Part shown: piece by piece, positions 11,262-24,098 of the stretch
Layout: every line of letters begins with the position of its first letter
How positions within the stretch are numbered: the stretch's first letter is position 1
Assembly: GCA_963829055.1 (NCBI GenBank)
Contig: CAWHHI010000016.1
Span: 384,001-448,000 of the forward strand
Length of the DNA stretch: 64,000 nucleotides
Reading direction: 5' to 3'
Origin: an uncultured Gemmatimonadaceae bacterium
GTDB taxonomy: Bacteria > Gemmatimonadota > Gemmatimonadetes > Gemmatimonadales > Gemmatimonadaceae
Translations under genes and position numbers: made by a program
The notes under the pieces: model-generated
Databases searched by the model: none
What the model was told of the DNA's origin: nothing
Seen by the model: the letters and a program-made list of their open reading frames with translations, nothing else

Positions 11262-11746
11262 ACTGGACGCGCAGCGCGCGAGCCGTGCTCGCGTTCGCCC
11301 TTCTGGTGGTGCTGCACTACACTGTCAGGCCGCTGCTCGGTTGGCGCACGCCGGTGGACTTTCTCGTGATCGCGGTGCTACTCTCTGCTGTGCGAGTGCG
11401 GCCGGGTGCCGCGGCACTCATCGGTTTCTGCACCGGTCTCGTCGCCGATTCGTTGATGCCGAGCGCGTTCGGTGCTGGGGCGCTGGCCATGACGGCGGTG
11501 GGCGCGACCGCCTCGTGGCTCAAGGCCGTATTCTTCGCCGATAACGTGGTGCTCCACGGATTTTTCTTCTTCGTGGGCAAGTGGGCGTTCGACATCGTCT
11601 ACGTCACCGCTGAGCGGCGCATGCGCGGGGTCGAGCTCGCGACGCAGTTGTTGTTATGGTCCCCTCTGTCGGCCGCACTGACCGCCGTGGCCGGCGTGAT
11701 TCTGCTTCTGATGTTACGCCCGGTGCTGGAGCCGCAAGCTGCATGA
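11258..11746 (+). CDS. mreD: rod shape-determining protein MreD
   Basis: Multi-TM protein, GLVADSL..FG; lies between mreC and mrdA. Confidence 0.88.
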   Translation: MNWTRSARAVLAFALLVVLHYTVRPLLGWRTPVDFLVIAVLLSAVRVRPGAAALIGFCTGLVADSLMPSAFGAGALAMTAVGATASWLKAVFFADNVVLHGFFFFVGKWAFDIVYVTAERRMRGVELATQLLLWSPLSAALTAVAGVILLLMLRPVLEPQAA

Positions 11747-11768
11747 GCTTCCACGCATGAGCTTCCAC
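11741..11768 (+). repeat. exact 14-bp tandem duplication GCATGAGCTTCCAC
   Basis: Two adjacent copies, 11741-11754 and 11755-11768. Confidence 0.95.
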
Positions 11769-13549
11769 CCTAACGAGGTTCAACGACGCGGACGCACGGC
11801 GTCGGTCATACTCGCGGGAGCATTCGTGTTCCTCGCGTCGGCGTTCTTCCGCACGCAGATCCTCGAGCACGCCGCGTACACGCTGCAGTCGGAGACGAAC
11901 CGCCTGCGCGAAGTACCGCTGCCCGCGCCCCGGGCGATCATCTACGATCGGCACGGAGCCGTCATCGCGGAGAATCTGCCCGGCTACTCCGTCTCGATTC
12001 TCGCCAAGACGTCGGACTCGCTTCGCGTCGCGCTTCGTGGACTCGCGGGCGTCATCAACCTAACGCCAGAGCAGATCGAGGCCGCGGTCCGGCGTTTCAA
12101 GCAGGCGCCAAACCGGCCGACGACCGTGCTGGCGGATGCGAGCTTCGACGTCGTCTCGGTTCTCGAGGAGCATCGCGTCGACTACCCCGGTCTCATCATC
12201 CAGGCCGCGCCGAAGCGATACTACCCCGACAAGGAAGCAGTGGCGTCCTTCGTCGGATACACTGGCGAAATCACAGAATCCGAGCTGAACCAGCGTCCGT
12301 ACCGCGGCTACAAGTCGGGCCAGGAGGTCGGCAAGGCCGGACTCGAGCGGCAGTACGAGGCGCAGCTTCGCGGGAAGGAAGGCACACACTTCGTCGAGGT
12401 CGACGCGCGCGGACGCGTCGTCGGCGAGGCAGGCAGTGGGCGTGGCGACGTCGCGCCCGAGTCGCCAGACGCACTCTATACGAACATCGATCTCGATCTG
12501 CAGCGTTTTGCGGCCTCGTTGTTCGGCGACACGTTGCAGGGCGGCGTCATGGCGGTGGATCCGAAGACGGGGGAGGTGCTCGCGATCCATAGTGCGCCGA
12601 GCTTCGATCCGAATCGCTTCATTGGCGGCGTGTCGACTGAGTACTACTCGCAGCTTCGCGACGACCCACGTCGGCCGCTCTACAACAAGGTCATTCAAGG
12701 CCTCTACCCACCGGGATCGACGTTCAAGCTCGCGACGGCGATCATGGGGCTCGAGGCGGGCATCGTCGGGCTGGACGATCACATGCCGACGCCCTGCACG
12801 GGCGGGTACTTCTTCGGCAACCGCTACTTCCGTTGCTGGGACAAGAAAGGCCACGGCAACGTCAATCTGCGGCAGGCGATCGAGAAGTCCTGCGACGTCT
12901 ACTTCTATCAGCTCGGGCTGCGACTTGGCATCACGCGCATGCTCGCGGGCGGCGTGTCGCTCCGCATGAACGACAAGAGCGGCATCGACCTGCCTAACGA
13001 AAAACGGCCGCTCTGGCCATACGCCGCGGAATACTTCAACAAGCGCTACGGCCCCGGCGGCTGGAGCAACGGTGTGCTGCTGAGTCTCTCCATCGGGCAG
13101 GGCGAGAACTCACAGACCGTCGTCAACATGGCGAAGTTCTACACCGCGCTCGCCACGGATGGCTCGGTGGTGCGGCCGGAGATCGTGAAGCGGCAGACGG
13201 AGCGCACGAAGCTGTTCAAGCTGACGGCCGAGCAGATGGCGGGGCTGCAACAGGCGATGGCCGGCGTCGTGTCGTCGCGCGGCACCGCCGCGAGCGCGCA
13301 GATCCAGGGCGTCGTGATCGCGGGCAAGACCGGTACGGCGCAGAGCGGTGTCTTCCGCAACGGCATCGAGTTGAACCACGCCTGGTTCACCGGGCTACGC
13401 GCCCGCTGACGATCCCGAAGATCGTGGTCGTGGTGATGCTCGAGCAGGTGCCGTTTCACGGCACCGTCGCGGCGCTGATGGCGTCGAAGATGATCGAGCA
13501 TTACCTCAAGCGGCCGACTATTCAGGGCGCGCAGTTGGAGGGCGATTGA
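11757..13549 (+). CDS. mrdA: penicillin-binding protein 2 (frameshift near 13400)
   Basis: PGSTFK (SxxK), SCDVYFY, GKTGTAQ, HAWF; C-terminus continues in another frame to TGA 13549. Confidence 0.95.
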
Positions 13550-14796
13550 TGCGGAAATCGGTCAGCGACTATCCGCTCGTCATCCTCGCGCTCCTGCTCT
13601 CCGCGTACGGCATCGCGATCGTCTACTCGGCTGGCCAGACGGATTTTCCGGTCGCGTATATCGTCGGTGCGTGGAAGCGACAGCTGGGGTGGTTCGTATT
13701 GTCGCTCTTCGCGGCGTACGTGCTGTTCCGCGCGTCCGTGCGCCTCGTGGATTGGATGACGGTGCCGCTCTACTGGATCGGCATTGGTCTGCTCGTGGTG
13801 ACGCTCGTATTCGGCTCCGGTGCCGGCACCGCCGCGAGCGTGAAAGGCTGGCTGACGATCGGTGGCGTGCGCATTGGGCAACCGTCCGAGCTCGCGAAGC
13901 TGACGGTCGTGCTCATGCTGGCGCGCGTCCTGGCGTCGCGGAAAGAAGCGCCGAAATCGCTGCTCGATCTGTGGAAGCCGGCTGCCGTCGTGGGGCTGCC
14001 GTGGCTCCTGATCATGGCGCAGCCGGACCTCGGTACGGGCATCGTCTTCATCGGCATCTTCTTCGCCCTGTTGTTCTGGTCGGGCGTCTCATGGCAGTTA
14101 CTGGCGCTCATCGCGAGTCCGGCCGTGAGCTTGATTCTCGCGTTCAGCACCGGTCTCTGGGGCGCGTGGTTCCTGATACTCATCGCGCTCGTACTCTACT
14201 ATCGGCCGTACATGGTCGAGGGCGTTGTGCTGGTCCTGGCGAACGTTGCCATGGGCGTGATCGCACCGCTGCTGTGGGAGCGTCTCGCGCCATATCAGCA
14301 GCGACGACTTCTCGTGTTCCTCGATCCATCGGCGGACCCGAGAGCGTCGGGCTACCACGTGCTGCAGTCGCAGGTCGCCATCGGGTCCGGCGGGTGGTTC
14401 GGCAAGGGCTACACACTCGGCACTCAGAAGCGGCTGGCGTTTCTACCGGCGCAGCACACGGACTTCATCTTCTCGGTCGTTGGCGAGGAGCTGGGTTTCA
14501 TAGGCGTGACGCTCGCGCTCGCGCTATTCCTGCTCCTGTTCATGCGCGTCGTTCGGGTTGCGTCCCGTGCGAACGACTCGTTCGGCAGCCTCGTCGCGTT
14601 CGGCCTCGGCGCCAGTTGGTTCGTCCACGTGGTCGTGAATATCGGCATGACGCTCAACCTGATGCCGATTACGGGCATTCCGCTGCCGTTCTTCAGCTAC
14701 GGCGGCTCGTTCATGCTGGCGAGTTGGCTCGCGATCGGGATCCTCCTCCGGATCTCCAGTGAGGGGCGGGGCAGGGCGGACACGCTCGCCGTCTGA
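13549..14796 (+). CDS. rodA: rod shape-determining protein RodA (SEDS)
   Basis: QPSELAK, QPDLGT, LPAQHTDFIF, GIPLPFFSYGGS. Confidence 0.96.
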   Translation: MRKSVSDYPLVILALLLSAYGIAIVYSAGQTDFPVAYIVGAWKRQLGWFVLSLFAAYVLFRASVRLVDWMTVPLYWIGIGLLVVTLVFGSGAGTAASVKGWLTIGGVRIGQPSELAKLTVVLMLARVLASRKEAPKSLLDLWKPAAVVGLPWLLIMAQPDLGTGIVFIGIFFALLFWSGVSWQLLALIASPAVSLILAFSTGLWGAWFLILIALVLYYRPYMVEGVVLVLANVAMGVIAPLLWERLAPYQQRRLLVFLDPSADPRASGYHVLQSQVAIGSGGWFGKGYTLGTQKRLAFLPAQHTDFIFSVVGEELGFIGVTLALALFLLLFMRVVRVASRANDSFGSLVAFGLGASWFVHVVVNIGMTLNLMPITGIPLPFFSYGGSFMLASWLAIGILLRISSEGRGRADTLAV

Positions 14797-14852
14797 TACG
14801 AGAAGCTGGTAGCTGCCCGCTCGTGCTGGCCGCTGGTCGAAGCAAGGGTGCG

Positions 14853-14926
14853 GAATTGGGGTCAGACTCGAATTGAACCATTCTCGCGCGGTCGAGTCCA
14901 AGGAAATTCGAATCTGACCCCAATTC
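14853..14926. repeat. REP-like inverted repeat (22-bp arms, 1 mismatch)
   Basis: GAATTGGGGTCAGACTCGAATT ... AATTCGAATCTGACCCCAATTC. Confidence 0.85.
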
Positions 14927-15024
14927 ACTCAGCGTCACCAAGCGACCAGCACGACCACCCAGCACCCAGCGAGTAGTTGCGAGGGTCCCTTCCGTCATTG
15001 GACGGTCGGGCTCAGATTTCCCGG

Positions 15025-15888
15025 ATGGCATGGTGGAAAAAGGAGAAAAAGTCCCGCGCCCCGCGCACCGAGAAGCTCGAGATCCCGGCCGACGCGTGGG
15101 AGAAGTGCGAGGCGTGCGGGCATACCGACATCCGCGAGAAGTTCGTTCGCAATCTGAACGTCTGCCCCAACTGCGACTATCACCGTCGCATTCGTGCGGG
15201 CGACTACGTCGGGATTCTCCTCGATGAGGGGTCCGCCGAGGAGACCGAGGCCGATCTCCGCTCCACCGACCCTCTCGGCTTCCCGGAGTATCAGCAGCGC
15301 CTCAAGAAAGCTCGCGCCAACGCGGGTGAGGGCGATGCCATCATGACCGCGACGGGAACGCTCGCGGGTGCCCCGCTCAACGTCGGCGTCATGGACTTCA
15401 GCTTCATGGGTGGATCCATGGGCTCTGTCGTCGGCGAGAAGATCGCGCGACTCGGCCAGCGCTCCCTGGAGCGCAAGTATCCACTCGTGCTCGTCTCGGC
15501 TTCTGGTGGCGCGCGGATGCAGGAGGGCGTGCTATCGCTCATGCAGATGGCGAAAGCGTCCGCGATGCTCGCGCAGTTGGCCGAGCGCCGCATTCCGTAC
15601 GTCTCGATCCTGACGAATCCGACGACGGGCGGCGTCAGCGCGAGCTACGCCATGCTGGGCGACGCAATCCTCGCTGAGCCTGGAGCTGTCATCGGATTCG
15701 CCGGACCACGCGTGATCAAGCAGACGCTCGGACAGGACCTGCCGGAAGGATTTCAGACGGCGGAGTTTCTCCTCGATCACGGCATGGTCGATCGCGTCGT
15801 GCACCGCCGCGAGCTCAAACAGACGGTCGGGCAACTGCTGCGGCACATGAGCGGAAAGCCGGCCGCGACGGGGTGGGCGTCGCCCTGA
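15025..15888 (+). CDS. accD: acetyl-CoA carboxylase carboxyltransferase beta subunit
   Basis: C4 zinc finger (CEAC..CPNC), FMGGSMG, SGGARMQEG, PTTGGVSAS, GFAGPRVI. Confidence 0.97.
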   Translation: MAWWKKEKKSRAPRTEKLEIPADAWEKCEACGHTDIREKFVRNLNVCPNCDYHRRIRAGDYVGILLDEGSAEETEADLRSTDPLGFPEYQQRLKKARANAGEGDAIMTATGTLAGAPLNVGVMDFSFMGGSMGSVVGEKIARLGQRSLERKYPLVLVSASGGARMQEGVLSLMQMAKASAMLAQLAERRIPYVSILTNPTTGGVSASYAMLGDAILAEPGAVIGFAGPRVIKQTLGQDLPEGFQTAEFLLDHGMVDRVVHRRELKQTVGQLLRHMSGKPAATGWASP

Positions 15889-17174
15889 GCGACCAGCGCA
15901 GCGACTATCGCGGGGCGCTCGACTACCTCTTCACACGCACGACGGGAAAGTCGAAGCTCGGTCTCGAACGAACCGCCGCGTTCCTTCGCGAGCTCGGCAA
16001 CCCGCACGAGCGCTTGCCGTCACTTCACGTCGCCGGCACGAACGGAAAGGGTAGCGTCTGCGCGACGCTCGAAACCGTGCTTCGCGCGAAGGGGCTCCGC
16101 GTCGGCAAGTACACGTCCCCACACCTCGTCGATTTTCGCGAACGATTTCTCGTCGACGGCAGGCGCGTCGATGAGGACTACGTCGTGGATTTCATCGAGC
16201 GGTGGACGCCAACCGTGGAGCGTATCGGCGCGACGTTCTTCGAAGCGACGACGGCAATGGCATTCGACCTGTTCGCGCAGCAACACGTCGACGTCGCGGT
16301 CATCGAGACGGGGCTCGGCGGACGCCTCGACTCGACGAATGTCGTTCGCCCGCTCGCAGCTGGCGTGACCTCCATTGGCATCGATCACGTCGAGTATCTG
16401 GGCGAGACACGCGAGGAGATCGCGGCGGAAAAGGCCGGGATCTTCAAGCGTGGTATCCCGGCCGTGATCGGTGAGCGAGACGAGGCCATTCGCGCGCTTC
16501 TCGCTGAACTCGGACGAAAGCATGGCGCGACGCCGATTCTCGACGTCACCACTGCGTCTGCGCCGGAAGACGTTTCCGTCGGGCGCGACGGGACCACGTT
16601 CACGCTCACGGTCGGAGGCGAGCGCGGGCAGGTGCGCACCGGGCTCGCGGGAGCGCACCAGGCGTCAAATGCGTCGTTGGCGCTCCTCATGCTCAACGCC
16701 GCCGGAGGAACGCTGGCGACGAGTCTGAGCGAGGCGCGCCTCGCTCTACCCTCAGTTCGCCTCCCCGGGCGCTTCCATCGCGTCGGGCCGTACATCTTCG
16801 ACGTCGCGCACAACCCGGATGGAGCTTCGGTGCTCGCCCTGACCGTGGCTGCCGTTCAACCACCGTCACCGCGTGCCGCCGTGCTCTGCGTGCTCGCTGA
16901 CAAGGACTGGCGCGGCGTCATGACGGCGCTCGCTCCGGTCGTCGACGTCTTCGTGTTGACCGACGCCCCGACGGCACCAGCGAGCCGCGCCTGGAACCGC
17001 GATGACGCGGCGGCGTTCGCGCGCGAGCAGGGCTGGCAGGTGACGTCCGAGCCGGATTTCGATCATGCGCTCGCGAGGGCGGCGGCCACGGCGAAGACGG
17101 TTATCGTCACCGGGTCGTTCCACACCGTAGGAGACGCGATGGCGCGCTTGAACGTCGATCCCGTGGACGGGTAG
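15873..17174 (+). CDS. folC: folylpolyglutamate synthase/dihydrofolate synthase
   Basis: HVAGTNGKGS, YTSPHL, ETGLGGRLDSTN, DVAHNP. Confidence 0.96.
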   Translation: MGVALSDQRSDYRGALDYLFTRTTGKSKLGLERTAAFLRELGNPHERLPSLHVAGTNGKGSVCATLETVLRAKGLRVGKYTSPHLVDFRERFLVDGRRVDEDYVVDFIERWTPTVERIGATFFEATTAMAFDLFAQQHVDVAVIETGLGGRLDSTNVVRPLAAGVTSIGIDHVEYLGETREEIAAEKAGIFKRGIPAVIGERDEAIRALLAELGRKHGATPILDVTTASAPEDVSVGRDGTTFTLTVGGERGQVRTGLAGAHQASNASLALLMLNAAGGTLATSLSEARLALPSVRLPGRFHRVGPYIFDVAHNPDGASVLALTVAAVQPPSPRAAVLCVLADKDWRGVMTALAPVVDVFVLTDAPTAPASRAWNRDDAAAFAREQGWQVTSEPDFDHALARAAATAKTVIVTGSFHTVGDAMARLNVDPVDG

Positions 17175-17183
17175 ATTTCCCGG

Positions 17184-18503
17184 ATGTCTACAGGAGCATT
17201 GCCCGGGTTTCGCGATTTCTACCCCGCCGAGTTCGCCGAGCGATCGCACATCTTCGCCGCGTGGCGTGATGTCGCGCAGCGGTTCGCATTCGCCGAGTAC
17301 GATGGACCTCCGCTCGAGCCGCTCGATCTCTACACGAAGAAGAGTGGCGAGGAGATCGTCGGTCAGCTCTACAACTTCGAAGACAAGGGTGGTCGCCAGG
17401 TCGCACTGCGACCCGAGATGACGCCCACGGTTGCCCGCATGGTCGCCGCGCGCGCGAACGCGCTCCGTAGACCCGTGCGCTGGTTCTCGGTCCCACAGCT
17501 GTTTCGGTACGAGCGCCAGCAGAAGGGCCGACTGCGCGAGCACTTTCAGCTCAACGTCGACATCTTCGGCGAGCCCGATGTTTCGGCGGATGCCGAGCTG
17601 ATTGCGGTCGCCATCGAGATCATGCGCGCGCTTGGGCTCGGCCCGGACGCCGTGCGTGCGCGCGTGTCCGATCGACGACTGCTGAACGCGCTCCTGCTTG
17701 CGGCGGGCGTGACTGAATCGCAACTGCCCGCGACGTACGCCGTGATCGACAAGATCGAGCGGACGCCCCTCGCGCTGTCGCAACAGAAGTTGGCCGATGC
17801 CGGGCTCGCGGGCGACCTCCCTGCGACCATCACGTCGCTCGTGATCGAGGCGCGCTCGCTCGACGCACTGCGTAGCCGCTTTCCCGACGATGCCGCCGTG
17901 AACGAGCATGTCACGCGGTTCGAGCAATACTTCGCGGCGCTCGAGCAGCTCGGGGTCCGGGACTACGTGGATCTCGATCTTCGCATCGTACGCGGGCTCG
18001 CGTACTACACCGGCATCGTGTTCGAGCTGTTCGACGCGACCGGAGAGTTCCGCGCGATCTGCGGCGGTGGACGGTACGACAATCTGCTCCAGGCGTTAGG
18101 CGGCGTCGACATGCCGGCCCTGGGCTTCGGCATGGGCGACGTGGTGCTCGGTGAGCTGCTCCGGGCGCGAGACCTCATGCCCGCCGGCGCGCAGAAGATC
18201 GACTTCTGGGTTGCGCCCGTCACGGCGACGAACCGGCTGCACGCGGTCCGCGTCGCGACCGCGCTTCGCAATGCGGGCGCGTCCGCCGAGTATCCGTTGC
18301 GAGACCAGGCGTTGGGGAAGCAGCTCAAGGCCGCTGGCAATGCCGGGGCCGCGCGCGTCGTATTCGTCGGGCCCGAGCTGGAGGCACAAGGGCAGGTCGA
18401 GGTGAAGTCGCTCGTCGATGGAAACCAGCGAGCGCTGCCCCTCGATGAGCTCATTCGGCAGGTGCGCGATCACACCAGTGGTAGCTCGGATCGACCGCGG
18501 TAG
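17184..18503 (+). CDS. hisS: histidine--tRNA ligase
   Basis: [36 protein letters not shown]. Confidence 0.97.
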   Translation: MSTGALPGFRDFYPAEFAERSHIFAAWRDVAQRFAFAEYDGPPLEPLDLYTKKSGEEIVGQLYNFEDKGGRQVALRPEMTPTVARMVAARANALRRPVRWFSVPQLFRYERQQKGRLREHFQLNVDIFGEPDVSADAELIAVAIEIMRALGLGPDAVRARVSDRRLLNALLLAAGVTESQLPATYAVIDKIERTPLALSQQKLADAGLAGDLPATITSLVIEARSLDALRSRFPDDAAVNEHVTRFEQYFAALEQLGVRDYVDLDLRIVRGLAYYTGIVFELFDATGEFRAICGGGRYDNLLQALGGVDMPALGFGMGDVVLGELLRARDLMPAGAQKIDFWVAPVTATNRLHAVRVATALRNAGASAEYPLRDQALGKQLKAAGNAGAARVVFVGPELEAQGQVEVKSLVDGNQRALPLDELIRQVRDHTSGSSDRPR

Positions 18504-18507
18504 CCGG

Positions 18508-18540
18508 CGGTCATTCCGGAGTCGTTCGGAATGACGACCG
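18508..18540 (+). terminator. hairpin between hisS and proS
   Basis: GTCATTCCG..CGGAATGAC stem; no strong T tract. Confidence 0.4.
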
Positions 18541-18580
18541 ATCACGCAATCCATCCAACTACCACGGTCTTACTCTTCTC

Positions 18581-20050
18581 ATGTCCGACGATAAAAAACT
18601 GACGACCCGCGCGGCCGACTTCAGCGCGTGGTACAACGAACTCGTACTCCGCGCGGAGCTTGCGGACTACTCGCCCGTGCGTGGCTGCATGGTCATCCGG
18701 CCTAACGGCTACGGCATCTGGGAGCGCATGCAGCGGGCCCTGGATGACAGGTTCAAGGCGACCGGCCACAAGAACGCGTACTTCCCGCTGTTCATTCCGG
18801 AGAGCTTTCTGCACAAGGAGGCCGAACACGTCGAAGGGTTCGCGCCCGAGGCCGCGGTGGTCACGCACGGCGGTGGAAAGAAGCTCGAGGAACCCCTCGT
18901 CGTGCGACCCACGTCCGAGACGATCATCTACTCGATGTACGCGAAGTGGGTGCAGAGCTATCGTGACCTGCCCATTCTGATCAATCAGTGGGCGAACGTC
19001 GTGCGATGGGAGATGCGCACGCGACTCTTTCTGCGCACGCTGGAGTTTCTGTGGCAGGAAGGGCACACCGCGCACGTCTCGCACGACGAAGCGCAGGAAG
19101 AGACGCTCAAGATCCTCCGCCTCTATCGTGATTTCATGGAGGGTTGGATGGGCATGCCCGTGATCACCGGGCAGAAGTCGGACGCCGAGCGCTTCGCGGG
19201 TGCGCTTCGCACGTATTCGTGCGAGGCGATGATGCAGGACAACAAGGCACTCCAGGCCGGGACGTCGCACAACCTTGGCCAGAACTTCTCGAAAGCGTTC
19301 GAGCTCTCGTTCCAGACGGAAACCGGCGGGCAGGAGTTCGCCTGGAATACGAGCTGGGGAGTGTCGACGCGGCTCATTGGTGGCCTCGTGATGACGCACG
19401 GCGACGACGCCGGTCTCGTGACCCCTCCCATGCTTGCCCCCACGGAGCTGGTCATCGTTCCGATCTACCGGAGCGACGAGGAGCGATCCAAGGTGCTGGA
19501 GGCGGCGGGACAGATCGAGCGCGATCTGGGTCGCGCCGACCGCCGGTACCACAATCCGATTCGCGTTCATGTCGACCGGCGCGACGGGATGAAACCCGGG
19601 GCGAAGTACTACGAGTGGGAGCTGCGCGGCATCCCGCTACGGATCGAGCTCGGTCCACGCGATCTCGACAAGGGGCAGGCGGTGCTCGTGCGACGCGACA
19701 CGAAGGAGAAGAAGCCCGTGTCGCTCGATACGTTAGGCACGGAGGTGGAGACACTCCTCGTGCGGATTCAGAACGACATGCTCGCGCGTGCGCGTGACCG
19801 CCGCGAGGCGAACAGCCTTCGTGGCGGAATTACGTACGATCGCTTCCGTGAAGTCATGCAAGGCGACGGCGCGTTCGTCTACGCCGGCTGGTGCGGCAGC
19901 GGCGCATGCGAGGCGCAGATCAAGGAAGACACGAAAGCAACCATTCGCGTCCTGCCGGACGAGGAGTTCCGATCGGCCGAAGCCCCGACGACGTGTTTGA
20001 AGTGTGGGCAATCCGCTACAGCCGAGGCATTGTGGGCGAAAGCGTACTGA
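18581..20050 (+). CDS. proS: proline--tRNA ligase (archaeal/eukaryotic-like type)
   Basis: [30 protein letters not shown]-terminal Zn cysteines and ..AKAY; no INS editing domain. Confidence 0.97.
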   Translation: MSDDKKLTTRAADFSAWYNELVLRAELADYSPVRGCMVIRPNGYGIWERMQRALDDRFKATGHKNAYFPLFIPESFLHKEAEHVEGFAPEAAVVTHGGGKKLEEPLVVRPTSETIIYSMYAKWVQSYRDLPILINQWANVVRWEMRTRLFLRTLEFLWQEGHTAHVSHDEAQEETLKILRLYRDFMEGWMGMPVITGQKSDAERFAGALRTYSCEAMMQDNKALQAGTSHNLGQNFSKAFELSFQTETGGQEFAWNTSWGVSTRLIGGLVMTHGDDAGLVTPPMLAPTELVIVPIYRSDEERSKVLEAAGQIERDLGRADRRYHNPIRVHVDRRDGMKPGAKYYEWELRGIPLRIELGPRDLDKGQAVLVRRDTKEKKPVSLDTLGTEVETLLVRIQNDMLARARDRREANSLRGGITYDRFREVMQGDGAFVYAGWCGSGACEAQIKEDTKATIRVLPDEEFRSAEAPTTCLKCGQSATAEALWAKAY

Positions 20051-21326
20051 CCCGGCCGTTCGCCCGCGCGGACAGCGGTGCTCTCGCGTGTGAGGGAGTG
20101 CCGCTGTCCACGATCGCCGAGGCGGTCGGGACGCCGACGTATGTCTACAGCGCCAACGCCGTGCGCGATCAATACGCGCGTCTGGCGGCGGCGCTGAGCG
20201 GTGTTCCGTTCCGCATTCACTACAGCCTCAAAGCGAATTCGAATCGCGCACTGCTGTCACTGCTTCGTTCGTTAGGCTCGGCCGCCGACGTCGTGTCCGG
20301 TGGGGAGTTGTATCGCGCGCAGCGCGCCGGGTTTCCCGCGAGCGACATCATCTTCGGTGGCGTCGGGAAGACGGAGCAGGAGATTGCCGACGGCTTGGAC
20401 GCCGGCGTGCTGCTGCTGAACGTGGAGTCCGATGATGAGGTACGGATCGTCGACCGGCTGGCGCGCGAGCGAGGGATAGTCGCGCGGATCGCGCTTGCGC
20501 GTGAACCCGGAGATCACGGTCGAGACGCCACACTCCTACATCCGCACGGGCGAAAAGGGCCACAAGTTCGGAATCCCGTACGATGAGGTACGTGAGGTCG
20601 CGCGCCTGGCGGCGTCGCTGCCTAACGTCGTGCGTGCACGGGCTCGACATGCACGTCGGGTCGCAGCTATCGCGGCTCGATGCCTACCGACATGGCATCG
20701 AGCGTGTGCTGGAGTTGCTCGCGCAACTTCGCGCCGACGGCGCACGCGACCTTCGGTACCTCGACATCGGCGGGGGCCTGGCCGTCACGTATGACGCCGA
20801 GGAGCCGACGGACCTCGAGCAGTATGCGGAGATCGTGGTGCCGGCAGTGCGCTCGACGGGGCTACAGTTGATCGTCGAGCCAGGCCGGTTCATGGTCGGG
20901 AACGCGGGTGTGCTCATCAGTCGCGTGCTGTACCGAAAGCGCAGTGGCGGCAAGGAACTGCTGGTGGTCGACGCCGGCATGACCGACCTGCTTCGGCCGT
21001 CGCACTACAACGCGTACCATCGCATCGAAGCGGTGGAAACGATCGAGGGTCGGTCGCGCGTCGATGTCGTCGGGCCCGTGTGCGAGAGCGGTGACTTCCT
21101 CGCGCTGGACCGCGAGCTCGAAGATCTGCGGGCGAGCGATCTCATCGCGGTACATTCCGCGGGCGCGTACGGGTATGCGATGTCCTCGAACTACAACACG
21201 CGCGGTCGCCCAGCGGAAGTACTGGTCGACGGTGATCGCTTCGCGCTCGTCACGCAGCGAGAGAGTTACGAGCACCTGGTAGCGCCGGAGGTTCTCGAAC
21301 CCGAATGGAGGGGGAGGGTCGACTGA
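20032..21326 (+). CDS. lysA: diaminopimelate decarboxylase (frameshifts near 20495 and 20630)
   Basis: [48 protein letters not shown]. Confidence 0.95.
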
Positions 21327-21834
21327 TGCTCATAGGGCTGATGTCTGATTCGCACGACCGAGTGCCGGCGATTCGTGAGCTGCTCGAGCGCATGATCGAA
21401 CACGGCGCCGGGATGGTACTGCACGCGGGCGACTACTGTTCGCCGTTTTCACTCGCGCCGTTTCTCGAGCTCAACGTGCCGTTCGCCGGTGTGTTCGGGC
21501 GCAACGATGGTGACCGCGAAGGGCTCAAGGCGTACGCCGCGAAAGGTGTCGGCATCGAGCTCCACGAGTCACCGCATAGCTTCGAGGTCGGCGGGCGCCG
21601 CATCCTGCTCGTTCACGACCTGGGCGAAGTCCACGAACGTTCGCTCGAGTCGCACGAGATCATCATCAACGGCTTCACGCATCAGCAGGAGATGCGAGAG
21701 CTCGAAGGCGGCGCGTTGATCGTGAACCCGGGCGAGGCGTGCGGCTGGCTCACTGGTACGCCCGCCGCCGCCATCCTCGACCTCGACACGAAGCACATCG
21801 AGTTCATTTCCCTCACGGAGCCCGCGTGGAAGGT

Positions 21835-21838
<4 letters not shown>
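21326..21838 (+). CDS. YfcE/MJ0936-like metallophosphoesterase
   Basis: SDSH, HAGD, GRND, GFTH, NPG. Confidence 0.88.
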
Positions 21839-23386
<1,548 letters not shown>

Positions 23387-23390
23387 GATA

Positions 23391-23514
23391 GGGACTGGGA
23401 ATTGGGAACTGGGGAATCGGGAAAACCAAAACCCTCGGGATGCATGTCTCTCAGAGCGAGAGTGCGTCTCGAGGGCTTCTCAGTCCCCAGTTCCCGATTC
23501 CCGATTCCCGAGTC
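23391..23514. repeat. inverted heptamer arrays enclosing an inner hairpin; likely bidirectional terminator
   Basis: GGGA(A/C)TG/GGGAATC-type units 23391-23423, complementary CAGTTCC/CGATTCC units 23481-23514, inner CCCTCG..CGAGGG stem; lies between convergent genes. Confidence 0.8.
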
Positions 23515-23515
23515 G

Positions 23516-23968
23516 CTACACTCCCTTCTCCTCGAGGAGCTTCATGAACTCCGGCGGGTTCGTGAGCGCCATCAGTCGCTCCGGAACGTCCGGCTCCTTG
23601 CTGAACTGCGCGATCTTCCCGAGCACGGGGAGATACTGATTCGAGACCTCGAGCGGCGGCGCGACGATCAGGAAGAAGAACCTCACAGGCTTCTCATCGA
23701 TCGCCTTGAAGTCCACGCCTCCGCTCTTCCTGCCGAACGCCACGCGGAGCTTGTTCACGACGAGCGAGCGGCAGTGGGGAATCGCGATACTCCGCCCGAT
23801 GCCGGTCGACCCGAGATTTTCGCGGCGCTTCAGCATCTTGAACAGCATCCCCTCCGACTTCTCGTCGAGTTTGAGGAGGCTGATCATTTCCTTCAGGATG
23901 TCGTCCTTGGTCGTCGCTTCGAGCTCGAGCTTTACGGCATCTTCCGAGAAGAACTCGCGCAGTTCCAT
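23516..23968 (-). CDS. PTS EIIA domain protein (PtsN/fructose-like)
   Basis: RENLGSTGIGRSIAIPH phospho-His motif, GVDFKAIDEKPV. Confidence 0.92.
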   Translation of the reverse strand: MELREFFSEDAVKLELEATTKDDILKEMISLLKLDEKSEGMLFKMLKRRENLGSTGIGRSIAIPHCRSLVVNKLRVAFGRKSGGVDFKAIDEKPVRFFFLIVAPPLEVSNQYLPVLGKIAQFSKEPDVPERLMALTNPPEFMKLLEEKGV

Positions 23969-24025
23969 CCGTTCCCCGATCGTCGTAGAAAAAGAGGGGC
24001 ACCCCCGGCGCCCCATAAGCGACCG

Positions 24026-24092
24026 AAGTTACCCGACTCGGCAAGTCGTGTCAAACCTTCACGTTGCACGACTTCCAGAGCCCGGTTAGCTT
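24026..24092. promoter_or_regulatory. divergent sigma70-like promoters (PTS IIA and dusB)
   Basis: Minus TTGACA(24054)-N17-TAACTT; plus TTGCAC(24064)-N17-TAGCTT, 6 nt before the dusB ATG. Confidence 0.7.
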
Positions 24093-24098
24093 GCCCAT

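Noticed and set aside
18581..20050. Archaeal/eukaryote-type ProRS as evidence of recent horizontal transfer
   Set aside because: This type is widespread in several bacterial phyla, and its codon style matches neighbouring genes.
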